Counted from the whole stretch's first letter, positions 34,551-47,600 are shown. The stretch: DNA of 63,670 nucleotides, filler included, from Thraustochytrium aureum (GCA_012862495.1; 5 parts of one record of this genome joined end to end with filler, not necessarily neighbours in it), one strand, 5' to 3'. The notes: generated by a model not told the origin, from the sequence alone. Numbers and translations are program-made.

Positions 34551-35282
34551 TCAGCTCATGTTGGAAGGCTCGGGCGCGTCCAGATCCCTCGGCTCTGCGG
34601 CGTCGAGGATCTCCACAGTGTAGTTTTTGTTGGTGAAAACGCACAAATCCGAGGCCACGTCCATCGCCCGCCTTGCAATGTCCTCTGCGCTGAGCTCTGG
34701 GCTCTCCAGTCCTGCAAGCGCGCGAGCCGCTGACAGGGCAAAGAGACCACCCGAGCCGACTGCGATGACACCGTCCGGGGAGCTCAGCACGTCGCCGTTG
34801 CCTGTCAGGGTGAGCGATACGTCCTTGTCGACCACGATCATGATAGCCTCGAGGCGGCGGAGGTACTTGTCGGTGCGCCATAGCTTGGCCAGCTCGACGC
34901 AGGACCGCGTGAGCTGGCCTGGGTACTGCTCGAGCTTCCTCTCCAGCCGATCAAGAAGAGTGAGGGCGTCTGCGGTAGCGCCGGCAAACCCAGCCAGTAC
35001 GACGTTGCTCTTGCCGTCCTTGTCCTCGCCTCCGCCGCCAAGGCGCCTCACCTTGATCGCATTACCCTTCACCACGGAGTTGCCCTGCGAGATCTGCCCG
35101 TCGCCGATCACCACAACTTTCCCGCCGCGCCGCACCGACAAAATCGTCGTGCCGTGCATCTCATTCGACGACGAAAGCGCCCTGCCCCACCCTTGCGCGC
35201 CCACGCTCTGCCGCCACGTCTGTTGCACTGCAAGCGACCCGCCACGCAGGGGCCCCCGAGCACGAGCCTGGCTCCCCACATT
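34551..35282 (-). CDS. hslV: HslV (ClpQ) threonine protease subunit, probably mitochondrial
   Basis: [53 protein letters not shown]-terminal extension; the ATG at 35282 is out of frame, implying a frameshift. Confidence 0.93.
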   Translation of the reverse strand, partial: NVGSQARARGPLRGGSLAVQQTWRQSVGAQGWGRALSSSNEMHGTTILSVRRGGKVVVIGDGQISQGNSVVKGNAIKVRRLGGGGEDKDGKSNVVLAGFAGATADALTLLDRLERKLEQYPGQLTRSCVELAKLWRTDKYLRRLEAIMIVVDKDVSLTLTGNGDVLSSPDGVIAVGSGGLFALSAARALAGLESPELSAEDIARRAMDVASDLCVFTNKNYTVEILDAAEPRDLDAPEPSNMS

Positions 35283-35708
35283 GTTCCCCGCCGCCTGCCT
35301 GCGCCCTTGACTGCCTGCGCGCCTGCGTGCCTACTTGCCTACTTGCCTGCGTGCCTCCTTGCCTACTTGCCTGCGTGCGCGCGCGGCTGCCTTCGTGCGT
35401 CTGCGTCTGGGCCGTTCGTGGACTGCATTGCGCAGAGCCTCTTCGAGCCTCTTCGGTCAAGTTCGATCGATCGATACGTGACAAATGCCGCGAGCGAACG
35501 CACCGATCAAGGCCATTGTTCGCCGAGCGCTGAGCGCGCCGAGCCCAGGCTCGAGCCTGGACCTTCGGGCGCCAGCGCAATGATCAAGCGCGAGCTGCCC
35601 GGCCGGGTTGCACGGGGCGAGCTGGCCGACACGGCACATGCCGGTCAGTCTGTGACGGTCGCACGGTCGTGTTTCGGGTTTTTTTTGGACTCGGGATGTC
35701 AGTGGTGG

Positions 35709-36493
35709 CTATGTGTCAGGGGCGCCCGGACCGGCTGGGAGTGGATGGTAATCGCCGCCGGGGCTTGGCTCGGCGGAGGGCATGGCCCCCTGGATGGGGT
35801 GCGTGATGGGGAGCGTCCAGAAGCGCTGACGGAGCGAGACGAAGGCGCAGCCAATGTAGTGGCAGGCGAACTGCACGAGCATAAGCTCGACGATGTTCGG
35901 GAATGCGTGGACGCTGAGCCGAAGGAACTCGCCGCCCTTGTAGACTACGTACTCTTCGCCATGGAGCTTTTCAAAGCAGATGACAAACAGGGTGTACAGC
36001 GACGAAAAGTAAGCGAAGAACATCCAGCGGCGGCTGCTGAGCACGACGCGATCCAAGGACACTTCCAAAAGGACGAGGACGAGGTTGCTGCAAACGAACA
36101 GGTCGTTCACCCAGCGCGACTCTGTGCTCGGAAATGCCACCGACGGGTCGTCACGCAGAAATCGCCAGTAAAGGCAAAAACAGAACGCTGTCGTCGGGAG
36201 CTCAATCTCCAGCAAAACGACAAAGGCCCGCTCCCAGAGTCTCAGCTGCGCCCCGTCCCCGGCCTGCTTGATCGACACGACAAGGCCGAGCGCGAACAGG
36301 AGCGTCTGGAGCGCAAAGCTCCACACCTCGAAGAGCCGCAGCTCTTCGCAGCAGCCGCTGCCCTGAACGTAGAGCGCCCACATGCCGGCGCAGTACAGAG
36401 TGGCCGCGGCGCGAAACAGGCCGAGCCCGCGGCGCGAGACCAGCCCGACATGCGAGCCATACCGAAGGTCGAGCGCCGATATGCTGTCCCAAA
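35709..36493 (-). CDS. Multi-pass membrane protein, FAR-17a/AIG1/rolling-stone-like, 5' end in gap
   Basis: Hydrophobic helices with LYW.FL, NLVLVLLEV.L and ..Y..F...VY patterns. Confidence 0.5.
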
Positions 36494-37193
36494 NNNNNNN
36501 NNNNNNNNNNNNNNNNNNNNNNNNNNNNNNNNNNNNNNNNNNNNNNNNNNNNNNNNNNNNNNNNNNNNNNNNNNNNNNNNNNNNNNNNNNNNNNNNNNNN
36601 NNNNNNNNNNNNNNNNNNNNNNNNNNNNNNNNNNNNNNNNNNNNNNNNNNNNNNNNNNNNNNNNNNNNNNNNNNNNNNNNNNNNNNNNNNNNNNNNNNNN
36701 NNNNNNNNNNNNNNNNNNNNNNNNNNNNNNNNNNNNNNNNNNNNNNNNNNNNNNNNNNNNNNNNNNNNNNNNNNNNNNNNNNNNNNNNNNNNNNNNNNNN
36801 NNNNNNNNNNNNNNNNNNNNNNNNNNNNNNNNNNNNNNNNNNNNNNNNNNNNNNNNNNNNNNNNNNNNNNNNNNNNNNNNNNNNNNNNNNNNNNNNNNNN
36901 NNNNNNNNNNNNNNNNNNNNNNNNNNNNNNNNNNNNNNNNNNNNNNNNNNNNNNNNNNNNNNNNNNNNNNNNNNNNNNNNNNNNNNNNNNNNNNNNNNNN
37001 NNNNNNNNNNNNNNNNNNNNNNNNNNNNNNNNNNNNNNNNNNNNNNNNNNNNNNNNNNNNNNNNNNNNNNNNNNNNNNNNNNNNNNNNNNNNNNNNNNNN
37101 NNNNNNNNNNNNNNNNNNNNNNNNNNNNNNNNNNNNNNNNNNNNNNNNNNNNNNNNNNNNNNNNNNNNNNNNNNNNNNNNNNNNNNNNNNNNN

Positions 37194-37293
37194 AAGCCAA
37201 GCCAGCGAAGAGCAGACGGAGCGCCCTGGCCTTAGCGACAAGCAGCGCGAGATGCTCGAGCGGCTCAAGTCGTCCAAGGCAGCCGAACAGTAG
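37194..37293 (+). CDS. C-terminal fragment of an unknown gene lying in the gap
   Basis: SQASEEQTERPGLSDKQREMLERLKSSKAAEQ* at the gap edge. Confidence 0.35.
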
Positions 37294-37646
37294 CGCAACC
37301 TTGGAACTGCTGGTCTTTGGGCGGCGAGAGAGATGGCCCACTTGGTTCAACCTTGGAGTCTCTCTTGGCGCCGCGGTGGCCCAAGCAAGCTCGCTAGAGT
37401 GTCGCGTGACGCTGCTCTGAAGCAAGAATGGAGTTCAAGCGGCTGAGGCGACCGCTCTCCGAGCCTGGTCTCGTCGAGCGCCCCCGCCGCCTCGCCAACA
37501 CGACAAAACCCTGGACGCGCAGCGCGCTTGGCGGATTCCAGAACCCTGGCAGAGACGTGTCGACAAGCTTGCGCGGCTCGGCTGCGCGCTGTTGTCCTCG
37601 CAGGCGTGTTGGAAGTACCAAATCGCTAGCAGGGAGTTTTGATTCT

Positions 37647-39323
37647 TTAAAGGTCGGCTCCGGTGCGGCTGTCCGCGTCGTCGCACGACTCAAAGTCCTC
37701 CTCCTCGGCGTCGCTTGCTTCTGCATCGATGGCCTCGTCCTCGGCTTTCATTCTGCTCATGAAGCGGCTAATCACCGGGTCGACCGATTCGATGAGCATT
37801 TTGACGGCAGCGGCGCCCGCATCAGTCTCTAGCTTGGCAAACTCCTCGTCCACGGATGCCTTGACGTCCTTGAGAGTCGTTTCGGGACTGTTTTGACGAC
37901 CTACGTTGCTCTTTACGAGGGCCCAAACGAGCTCGATTGGTTGGAGGTCGGGGTGGTGCGGCGGCGCAAAGACGACCTTGTGCCCTTGTGCTTCGGCGAG
38001 TTGGACGGCCTCGACCTGAACGTGCTTGGCCACCCACGACCTCAAAAGCACCCTTGCCTCGGTCGTGGATATGCTCGGGTCGTACCGGACACCCTTCTCC
38101 GCAAGGGTGCACAGGACGGCAGAGCGCGTCATCTTGGAAGGGTTCGGCGCGGTCGAGGGCCTCGCTCTGTGGTAGATCGCCGTGTCCAGCACGATGAGGG
38201 AGGGCTCCTTCAAGCTGGGAAGGAGCTGTTCTTGCCACCACGAGCCAAAGCTGCGCGCGTTAAAGCTCTTGTGGTAGTTGCCGGGGTGAGCATCCTTTGC
38301 TGGCGGGAAAAAGGTCCGGACCGACCCGGGGACAAGACCCGCGGGGCTTTGCTTGCCTCCGTACTGGATCGCTGCGAAAAAGCAGCAGACTTGCCCCTTG
38401 GCAAGCGTCCTAACAGCTTCGTCCTGCTCATCGTTGGGGTCTGCAACTGAGGATTCCGAGCGACGGTAGTGCTCGTGGATAAACGACTCGCCGACATACA
38501 CCTCCATCCTGCGCTCCGGCTCGGCGCCGTCCCTGTTCGAGGAGATTGCGCGCAGGTAGGCGTTGCGCCGGGCAATGAGCGCGTCGCTCAAAGCGATCCG
38601 GCCAGTCCGCTTTCCCTTGCGAAAACCCTTGCGGAGGAGGTAGCGCTGCACCGCTCGCAGGCCGGCGCTCGCGTCTTTCGCGGACAGCATGCCAAAAGCG
38701 TCCTTCTGCAGATCAATAATGGACTCGTGCACCATAAAGTCAAGAATCTGCCGCGCAGTAAGGCGCTCGCGGTTGAGGCGCTTTTCGTGGACGTGGTCGC
38801 GCACTTTGACGAAGACTGCGCGCGAGTGCGGGATGCGGGCCTTCTTTTGCGTCTTGTTTCCGCGGTTCTCCTCGGGCCGCACTGCCGCATGCGGCCCGCC
38901 CGCGCCGTCCTCGCTCGACACGGCGTCCGTCCAGGCCTTGACGATGTTTGAAATCGTCGTGGTCGAGCGACCGAGGAGCTTTGCCGTTCGCTCGTGCGCC
39001 TTGATCGGGACCTTGCGCCCGGTCTTGGCCTGGCTCTGCAGGGCCTCATCCACGATCCCAAGGTAGACGAGCATCACGTCGATGCGTTCCTCCCTGGTCA
39101 GCGGCGCGCGTTCGCGCAAGGCAGCCAGAGCGAGCAGCTGAGCTCGGACCGCGTCAGGGTCGTTTGTGATTTGCTTTTTCCGCTTCGTCCGGCCAGGACC
39201 CTCCGCCGCAGGCCGTCGCGGTCTCTTAGCGCGCTGTTCCGCTGTGTCCTCTGCCGCGTCCCGCTCGCCCTCCATCCTGCCTCGCGCTCGTCCTGCCACC
39301 GGCGCTCCTGCTGCCAATTCCAT
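37647..39323 (-). mobile_element. IS630/Tc1-mariner (DDE_3)-type transposase-like ORF with degenerate catalytic triad
   Basis: VYVGESFIHEHY, GNYHKSFN, LIVLDTAIYH, GHKVVFAPPHHPDLQPIELVWALVK, plus an N-terminal HTH-like segment. Uninterrupted 558-codon ORF; no TIRs recognised. Confidence 0.8.
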
Positions 39324-39953
39324 TCCTCATTGTGCGAGCAAGCGGCCCACAAAGAATTTATCGTCGATGGTGTCGCACGGCGGGGCAAATTCACTTGTGT
39401 CATCGGCAAACAAATGCGAGTTCGACGAGCCTGCTCGCCTCGGAACGGGGCCGCCTCAGCACCGCGTCGCGCGTGCGCGGTCGCCTGCCATGTACGCTGG
39501 CCACGCTGGCCGCGCGCCTGCCCGGCGAACAACCAGCACAACAGCAACTCCTTTCTTTCTTTCATCTTTTGACCTCGTTGATTTGAACTCGAGTTGATTT
39601 TTTTTGATTTTGAATCGGCCCGGCCGGTCCGTGCTGTTTCCTCCTCGGTTTATCCTCTTTTAGACCTTCTCGGCTCAGTTTTCCTCGACGTGTCCTGGTG
39701 GAACGCACACCCCGTGTGGGTTTTCCCTCGATATATCCTCTGCGCGGAGTTCGGATGGAAGAAAGAGCAGACGCAGACTCGCGTTGCGTTGAGCGAACGA
39801 AGCGCTGCCAGCAGCAGCCACGAATCGAGCACGCCAGACGCCAGACGCCAGACGCGCGACTGTTCTGGACGCGGTGCGCCGCGGGCGGGATCGAGCGTTG
39901 CTGGACGTTGCGCGCTGGTGTTCGGGCGTCGAAAGAAGGCTGCGAAACGCGCG

Positions 39954-42204
39954 ATGGACGAGGCACTGCAAGGCGTGGGACGCGCTGTCGAAATGCTGGA
40001 GGCGGTCGAAATGCTGGAGGCGGAGAGCGAGGCGAAATCCGAGACCGCGCAGGCTGGGCGATCGGCTTTGAATCCAGGGGCGAGNNNNNNNNNNNNNNNN
40101 NNNNNNNNNNNNNNNNNNNNNNNNNNNNNNNNNNNNNNNNNNNNNNNNNNNNNNNNNNNNNNNNNNNNNNNNNNNNNNNNNNNNNNNNNNNNNNNNNNNN
40201 NNNNNNNNNNNNNNNNGGGCGATCGGCTTTGAATCCAGGGGCGAGAGAGTTTGCGCCAAAGTTTGCTGGGTCGCCAGCTGTGGCACTGGTGGGACCAGCG
40301 CCAGTGGCCCTTACCAGCTCGGCTCCCGAATTCGTTCCGAGGGCGCCCGACGAGGTCGGATATGCGAGCGGGTTTTACGGGTATAGCCAGCTCACCGCCC
40401 CGCCAGTTTTCGTTTCCAGCCACCTCGCTGCAGGGAGCAGCCAGTCGGCCGTCTCGCCCCCGGGCAACGCGTCCAACGCGAGTAGCGCGAGGCGCAACGC
40501 GGAAGCCGAGCTGTCCACGCTTGCAGAGGGCCTTTGTAAAGCACTACTTCGCGCGGACGCGGGCGGCGCGCTCCGCGTGGGGCTTCTTGACCGGTACTTT
40601 AACCTACTCATGAGAGCAAGTCCGGCTGACCTCGGGAACGATTACAAGGCGCTGCTGGCCGCGCGCGTGGTCAACCCCCGCACGAAATCGGGAATCGAGC
40701 TGCTTGTCCAGGTCATCGCGCTCGGCGACGAGGACATTATACAGCGCTACTTTGTATGGCTCGAGGAGCTGACGAATCAGAACGTTGTGTCAAGCGTCGG
40801 AGCTGTGCTGGATTGCGCCTTTGAGGCGGAGACCGGCTCAAACCTCCTGAGCGCTGTCCCTCCGCAAGCGCCCCACCTACATCGCCGTTGAGACGCTCGT
40901 GGGGAAACTGGAGGAAGCGTACGGGCCTCAGGCTGTGGGAAAGTGCATTTTGCAAAAAGACTTTGGAGGGCGCACCGCGCTTCACGAGGCCGCTGCCTGG
41001 GGCGATTGGGTCCGTCTGCCTCTTGATGGTCAACTTTGCAAGTCGGACGCTCTCTGCGGGGACGCTAGACCGCGTCATGCACGAGCAAGACAAGAGTGGC
41101 AAAACGGTTCTCGGTCTCGCTGAGGCCACCGACGTCGCGGCTGTTTTCGCTGTTGGCGAGTCCAGCGCGCGCGACCCTGGCCAACAGGGCACTAGCCCTG
41201 CAGGGGCTCGAGAGCCTGAACCAAGCCCGCGAGACAAGCTCGCCACCAGCCGCTCGAGCGCGCCCGGGAACTCGAACAGCAAGTGGGACGCGAGCAAACC
41301 GATTAGCACAGCACAGCTAAATGCCGACGCGCCGACATTCCTCGACGAAAAGCGTGTGGGCGAGAAGGCGGAGCGTGTCCCGCTGGGCTCTTCGCAGTCG
41401 TCAGATTGCAGCGAATCTGGCGCTGTGGAGGCCAAGCATGCCGCAGAGGGCGGCCAAGGGCAAAGCTACCGTGCTGTTTTAGGGCCGCTGAGTGTCCTTG
41501 CGCTCGCCTACCGCGACGCTGCCAGCGTGCGGAACGTCCCTGCGGCGGCGGAGGCCCTGAAAGCCTACATGGAGTTGCTTCGTGACGTGGCTGAGAGCAA
41601 AACTCTCAAACTGAGTCTGGTAAACAAGCTCGTGTTGAACTGCAAGACGAAGAACAAGGCTCACGTCGTCCACTTCGCGACGGTCGCAGTCGCGCACAGC
41701 TGCAGCGAGCTGCTCGACACGTACTTTGACGCTGTTTCAGACTTACACGAGCGAAAATTCATCACGCGCGCGACGCTGGTGCAGGCCTTCTCGTGCACTG
41801 TGCACCTGCCGCACAAAAAGACCCTTGCCATGTATTCGCTTTTCCATGGCGCGGCCAGCGACAACAACTTTCGGGTCATCACCAGGCACGCGTGCAAGAC
41901 GCTCAATGCCGAGGAGCTACACGACATGATTCGGGAAACGGACGACACTGGCTTGACACTGCTGACTACGGCGGTTCTCAAGCGCTATCGTATGATCACC
42001 GAGGTTCTTCGGTTCATGGAGAGCTTTCTGCCGCCGTCGGAGATCCTGATTGAGCTGCACCGCCAGTCGAGCAACGTTCGCGACAGCCCTTCCGCGCTCG
42101 ACCTGGAGCGCAAGTTGCGAAGTAGCGAAACGTGGAAGGGCAAGCCGTCGGTGGTGCTGGAGATGGCAGAGGAGAGGTACATCCGAGCGCTGGTCGAGCA
42201 GTAA
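39954..42204 (+). CDS. PAM2-motif protein with degenerate ankyrin-like repeats (gap and frameshifts)
   Basis: PAM2-like motifs SALNPGAREFAP, LTSSAPEFVP, LNADAPTF. Ankyrin-like KDFGGRTALHEAA, QDKSGKTVLGLA, TDDTGLTLLTTA. Frame changes near 40870 and 41000. Confidence 0.6.
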
Positions 42205-42725
42205 TCTTTGGATGCGGTTTTAACTGTTCTCCAGCGAGCTCTTGTTGCTCTCTGTAAATCTCTTTTGAGCTAAAGGGAGAGCTCAGGCCCTGGCGGTGAT
42301 GGTACGGGTCGAATCCGGGTCGCGGTCTCGCTTCGAGCCATGCGGCGCATAGGAAGCGCAAGCGACTACCAAGCGGTGCAAGGATTGGCCATCTGCGGCG
42401 CTCGGAAAGGATCAANNNNNNNNNNNNNNNNNNNNNNNNNNNNNNNNNNNNNNNNNNNNNNNNNNNNNNNNNNNNNNNNNNNNNNNNNNNNNNNNNNNNN
42501 NNNNNNNNNNNNNNNNNNNNNNNNNNNNNNNNNNNNNNNNNNNNNNNNNNNNNNNNNNNNNNNNNNNNNNNNNNNNNNNNNNNNNNNNNNNNNNNNNNNN
42601 NNNNNNNNNNNNNNNNNNNNNNNNNNNNNNNNNNNNNNNNNNNNNNNNNNNNNNNNNNNNNNNNNNNNNNNNNNNNNNNNNNNNNNNNNNNNNNNNNNNN
42701 NNNNNNNNNNNNNNNNNNNNNNNNN

Positions 42726-42983
42726 GTCGTACTCGGCTTCCTCGTCTTCCTCGGCGTCCTCCTCGTTATCCGAGTCGGCCGCCGCGTTGACGGCGGCCAT
42801 CTTCTTCGCCTTCATCTTGCTCGACTTCTTGGCCAGCTTTTGCTGCATCACCATCTTTTGCAGCACATGATGGCCCTCCTCGGCGCGCACCGTGGCCTGC
42901 GCCTCGCGCTCCTCCCTGCTCTTCCCCTTCTTGGCGCTGCCGGTCAATGCGGCAGCGTTCGCGCCCTTCCCCTTCTTGGCCAT
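42726..42983 (-). CDS. Small Lys-rich/acidic protein, 3' end in gap
   Basis: MAKKGKGANAAA...KKSSKMKAKK...DSDNEEDAEEDEEAEYD with strong GC3 codon bias. Confidence 0.6.
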
Positions 42984-43243
42984 CTCCAGTGTCCGCCAAG
43001 CCGAGCCCGACACCTCCTCAAGTCAAACTCTCGTCTGGTGCAGCTCCAGCGCCGCGATACGCCGTCGAGCAGACCGTTCTTCGTATGCCCGCGCTCGAGT
43101 CGAGCGAGCTGCTCTGCACGCACGCACGCACGTCTGCACGCACGGACGCACGCACGCGATCGAGTCGAGCGAGTTGCTTGAAACGAGTTGCTCGAACCAC
43201 ACGCACGGGAGTGGCCTAGCGAGCCTGTTCAACGCCGAAGCGG

Positions 43244-43350
43244 CTCTGCTCTGCTTCTGCACTGTGCACTGCACTGTGCTCTGCACTGTGCTCTGCTCTG
43301 TGCTCTGCTCTGCTGAGCTCTGCTCGGCGCTGTGCTCTGCTCTGCCCTGC
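43244..43350. repeat. CTGTG/CTCTG pentamer low-complexity repeat
   Basis: Directly visible. A related (GCAGA)n run is at ~51678-51720. Confidence 0.8.
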
Positions 43351-43407
43351 GCAACCAACCAACCAACCAACGCAAGTTCGCACACCGTTCGTCCCGCGCG
43401 TTTCCCA

Positions 43408-43507
43408 NNNNNNNNNNNNNNNNNNNNNNNNNNNNNNNNNNNNNNNNNNNNTTAATTAATTAANNNNNNNNNNNNNNNNNNNNNNNNNNNNNNNNNNNNN
43501 NNNNNNN
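43408..43507. other. Artificial scaffold-joining linker
   Basis: N-TTAATTAATTAA-N. Confidence 0.95.
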
Positions 43508-44097
43508 GTCGATCCAACACAGCTGCAGACCGCCTTTCAGGGCGTGCTCAAGTGGTACCATGAGCAGGAGCTGGAGAGTACAGTCGGTACAAGAACTGGA
43601 CCCAGTCTTGCTACATGGAGTGCCACGAGCACTGGAGCCCGCAGGTCCCCATCACGCCAGAGCTTCGCGATTCTATGATGCCCGTCCTTCAGGCCGGCAA
43701 AGATCGCTTTGCCGCCTGGTACTGCGACCTGCACGGCCTCGAGGAAGTTGATGTGGTCACCCTCAACAGCTTTATTACAAAGTACGTGCCCTCAGAGGGC
43801 AAGTCTGAGTTTGGCAAACACGTTGACAGCGCAAAGGCGGACGGCAGCCTCATCATCGCTTTGCCGACCGACGACCCTCACGATTGGCCTGGTCTCAAGG
43901 TCTGGGACGGGCCGAAGGACGCTAAAGGCCATCGACCAGAGCACCAGTACATACTCAACCCAGGAGACATCTGCTGCATGGACACGCTCATTTGGCACCA
44001 TGGCCTACCCATTTCCAAGGGCTCGCGGTACGTGGCCGTTTGCTTTTACCGATGCAAGTGGAAGCGCATCAAAATGGATCGAGCAAGCCAAGCTTGA
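43508..44097 (+). CDS. 2-oxoglutarate/Fe(II) dioxygenase, 5' truncated
   Basis: FITKYVP...KHVD (HxD)...WHHGLPISKGSRYVAV (distal His and 2OG-binding Arg). Confidence 0.8.
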
Positions 44098-44618
44098 ACT
44101 CGTTCTCGATCAAAAGGCGGGCACGGACGTTTTCTCGGCGCGGCGTCGGTCTGTGCCAAAGGCCGCCCTCAACTTGGCGTTTGGCTTGTATGTTGTGGAG
44201 AGTGTACTCGTGTGCGACGCCAGTCCAGGATTTTGCAACAACATCAAAAAAAACTCGTTCGGGCTGCGCTTTTTATTCAACTACTGCTCGTGTCGCGTCG
44301 CAGCTCACTGCGTCTTGACGGATTCCGCTGCGACGCGGTCGCATGAGGCCTGTTGCGTCCAAGCGTGAGTGCCATCGTCAGCGTTGAGCTTGCCGTAAAT
44401 AGCGGGAATGCACTTGCCGCTTTGGGCTCACGCGCAGCGCAGCGTGCTGTCGTCGATTTGCCGGCTCTCAAGCACGAGATGGGTAATCACTTAGACCTTC
44501 ACGTAGGATCAACATCAACAAATAGAAAGCGCCCGCGATCTGCGACAGAGGGTTGGTCTTTTTTTCTCGAGAGAGGCCCGACTCGGAGCTAGAGAGAGTA
44601 CGCCGCCGGATTGCTATC

Positions 44619-47600
44619 TTATCTTGCGACTGCGCGAACGTCCTCCGGCTCAGAACCAAGATAGTACATCTCGAGGGTGCTCGCGTGCTCGCGAATAAAC
44701 TCGACAAGGCGCTCTTGCACCGACCGCTTCGTGAGACCGGGCAGAGATTGGCCACCAGCGCCAACCAACTCACTGCACTTGACCGCAATGTCCAAGGGCT
44801 CGCTAGCCTCTGCGCGGTACACTTCGCTCAGTTGCGCGATCACGTGGAGAAGCAGCGCTTCCTTGTCTGTTGCGGCGCTCTCCGTGAGCAGGACGCGCAG
44901 CGCCGTGCAAAACTCGCCAAACCTGTCGTGATACAGGGCCGCAGCCCAGTCGCGCGAGAGAAACTCAAACAAGTCCTGGATCTCGCCGCTCTCGAGCTGG
45001 CGCTCAACGTCGTTGAGGAACGAGACGTGGATGCCCACAAGCTGGTCTAGCGGGGGCACCCTGTTCTTCACTGTGGCGACTGGCTTGCCCTTGTCCGAAA
45101 AGTACTCGTCAGTGAGACCGTACGACACGGACGACACGTGACCGAAACGGTCAATCACAAGCCGGCAGTACGCCTGGTCTGAGCACGTCTCGAGCTCCTT
45201 GAACTTTGCTTGCATGTACGTTTCCCCAGTGGTGCCTTCGGCAGTCTGCCAGCCGGGACGAGAAGCAGAAAAGTATCTCACACCTCCAGGCAAGTCCACG
45301 GCGCGAGCAGTAACCTTGGGCATCGAAAAGGTTCCAGGGCTCTCCCGCGAGGCCTCGGCGGCTTTGGCCTCGGCGATAGCGGCATCCGCGTCGTCCTCCG
45401 TCCTGAGGATCGGATCGATTGCGCGCAAGATGCACGTTGCCGCAGCAGCCCCAACCTCGCGGCTGTTGAAGCGCTCGATCGGATGCCGCGCGCGGTATCT
45501 GCGCGAGAACTTTGTGTTTGGGCCCGCGCCGAAAATGCGAGGGTCGACCGTGCGAAAGTTTGCATCGACCACCATTCGGCCGTCATAAACGAGGCCTGTA
45601 TCATTAACTGAAGCAAAGATGTCGGGGTCCGTGTTTTTGGGGCCCGCGCAAACGAGCAAGCCGCAGTCAAGCTCGAAAAACATGTCGGCGTGGTCGCTTC
45701 CGCCCTCTTTGCTCTCTGGCCCAGCCCCAAGGCTTGTACGCACGTGGCTCGAGAGTGTCTCTGCCTTTGACTCGGCAAACTCTGCCTGGACCTCTCGTGC
45801 GCGCCCTGTGGCAGTGACGACCCCACCGGCAACACGCTGCACAACTGTTTGCGCCTGGTCGCGGCGCGCCTTGCTTTCTGTTCGCAGGAAAACGGCTTTG
45901 GAGATGCGGCCCTGCTCGCCGTGGACGCGCTCAATGCCCGAAAGCTTGAGACCGTGGAGGATGGAGACCTTTTCTAGAGCCATGCTCGCCTTGACTTTGT
46001 CGGCGATCCAGTGGTCGTTGGAGAAGGCGGCATCCCACTCGTCCAAGGTTCCATCGTGCACAAGCGTGATGTACTTGCCCGGCTTGCCCCATGCAAGCAG
46101 CGCCTGAACAACTTGAAAAGCCTCGAGGGTCGCGCCGTAGACGACGGCTTGCTCCTTGGACTGCGAGTGCTTGACCTCGACAATGCGCCGCATCGTAGCC
46201 GCCGCCAGAGGGTCGCCGTTGACGGCGAAAAGGCTGTCAGCGAGCGGCCTGCACTGCACCAAGTCCTCGGGCTTGATCCCGCACTGCCCCGGGAGCGCAG
46301 TGTCTTGGAGCCCAGTCGCGAGGAGGAGGTAGTCGAACTCGAGGAGCGAGCCGTCCGCAAGGACGACCGCTTGCGCCTCGCGCTCGAGGTATACCATGCG
46401 CTCTTCGATAATGGTCACCCTGTCGCGCAGCCCGAGCAAGTCCAGAAACCGCGAATCGTACGCTCCTGGCGCCGCAGTACCTTGTGTGGTCAGCTCGCGC
46501 ACTCCTTTGCACCGCTCGTCAGCGACTCCGCCGGGCGCCACGAGCGTGACTTTGGCGTAAAATGTGTGCGGGACGAGGAGAAACTCCTCGAGCGCCGCCA
46601 GGCCAGTCTCGGACGCGCCCACGACCACGATCCGGGTGTTGAGGACCAGGCGCGGCTCTGAGAGCGCAGACTTGACGATGGAGAACAGGGCAAACCGCGA
46701 CGCCTTGTCCCGTGGCTCGTCGAGGTGGCGTTGGCGGTGCAGCCGCTGCATGTGAGCAATGCGTCGGGGCCGCACTTGCGCCATTTGTTCAACCACCGGG
46801 ATGGGCGGCTTGCAGCCCGGGAAAAGGTGAAAGTGGAGCACGTGCACTGTCAATATCCGCATCACCTCCCGCATTATCGCGCGCGAGAACTGGTTGAAGA
46901 TAGGGACCAGCACAATGTGCAAGAGTCGCGCATGACGCATTCCGCACTGTGCAGGGCCCTCGCTTGGTAGGCCCGGGAAGGAGCGCAGGTCAAAGAGGTG
47001 GTCGAGTCTTTGCACTTCTTTGTCGTGCTGGCTGCCGATGTGGTCGTCGCCCCCGAGTTGCATCGAGTGGAGATCGGCAACGATGACGCCCACGGTCTGT
47101 CCGAGGATCTTGACCAGGACAGTTTTAAGCGTGCTTTTCTGGTCTTGGGAAACGCTTGCTTTGGCGTCGGCGAGAATCGTGTCGCTGGACTCGATCCCCT
47201 CGACCAGGTCGCGCACGCCGCCAAGGTCCTCATCGCTCTGCGCGACGTGGAGCGCAAACTGGCTACCTCCGACCCAAACCGGCGCATTTGCTTGCTGCAG
47301 GGCTTCCTTGGCCTCGTGCAGCCCCAGGCCGAGGACGGCCTGCTCGGGTGCGGGAAGCAAAAGTCNNNNNNNNNNNNNNNNNNNNNNNNNNNNNNNNNNN
47401 NNNNNNNNNNNNNNNNNNNNNNNNNNNNNNNNNNNNNNNNNNNNNNNNNNNNNNNNNNNNNNNNNNNNNNNNNNNNNNNNNNNNNNNNNNNCCCAGGCCG
47501 AGGACGGCCTGCTCGGGTGCGGGAAGCAAAAAGTCCGCCTTGATGGCGCGCAGCGAGTCGCGGTGCATCAAGTACAGCGAGTGCGACAGGTTGGCGCCGT

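Noticed and set aside
34551..35282. HslV as bacterial contamination or recent HGT
   Set aside because: HslV is established in mitochondria of many protists. This copy has an N-terminal extension and eukaryotic neighbours.
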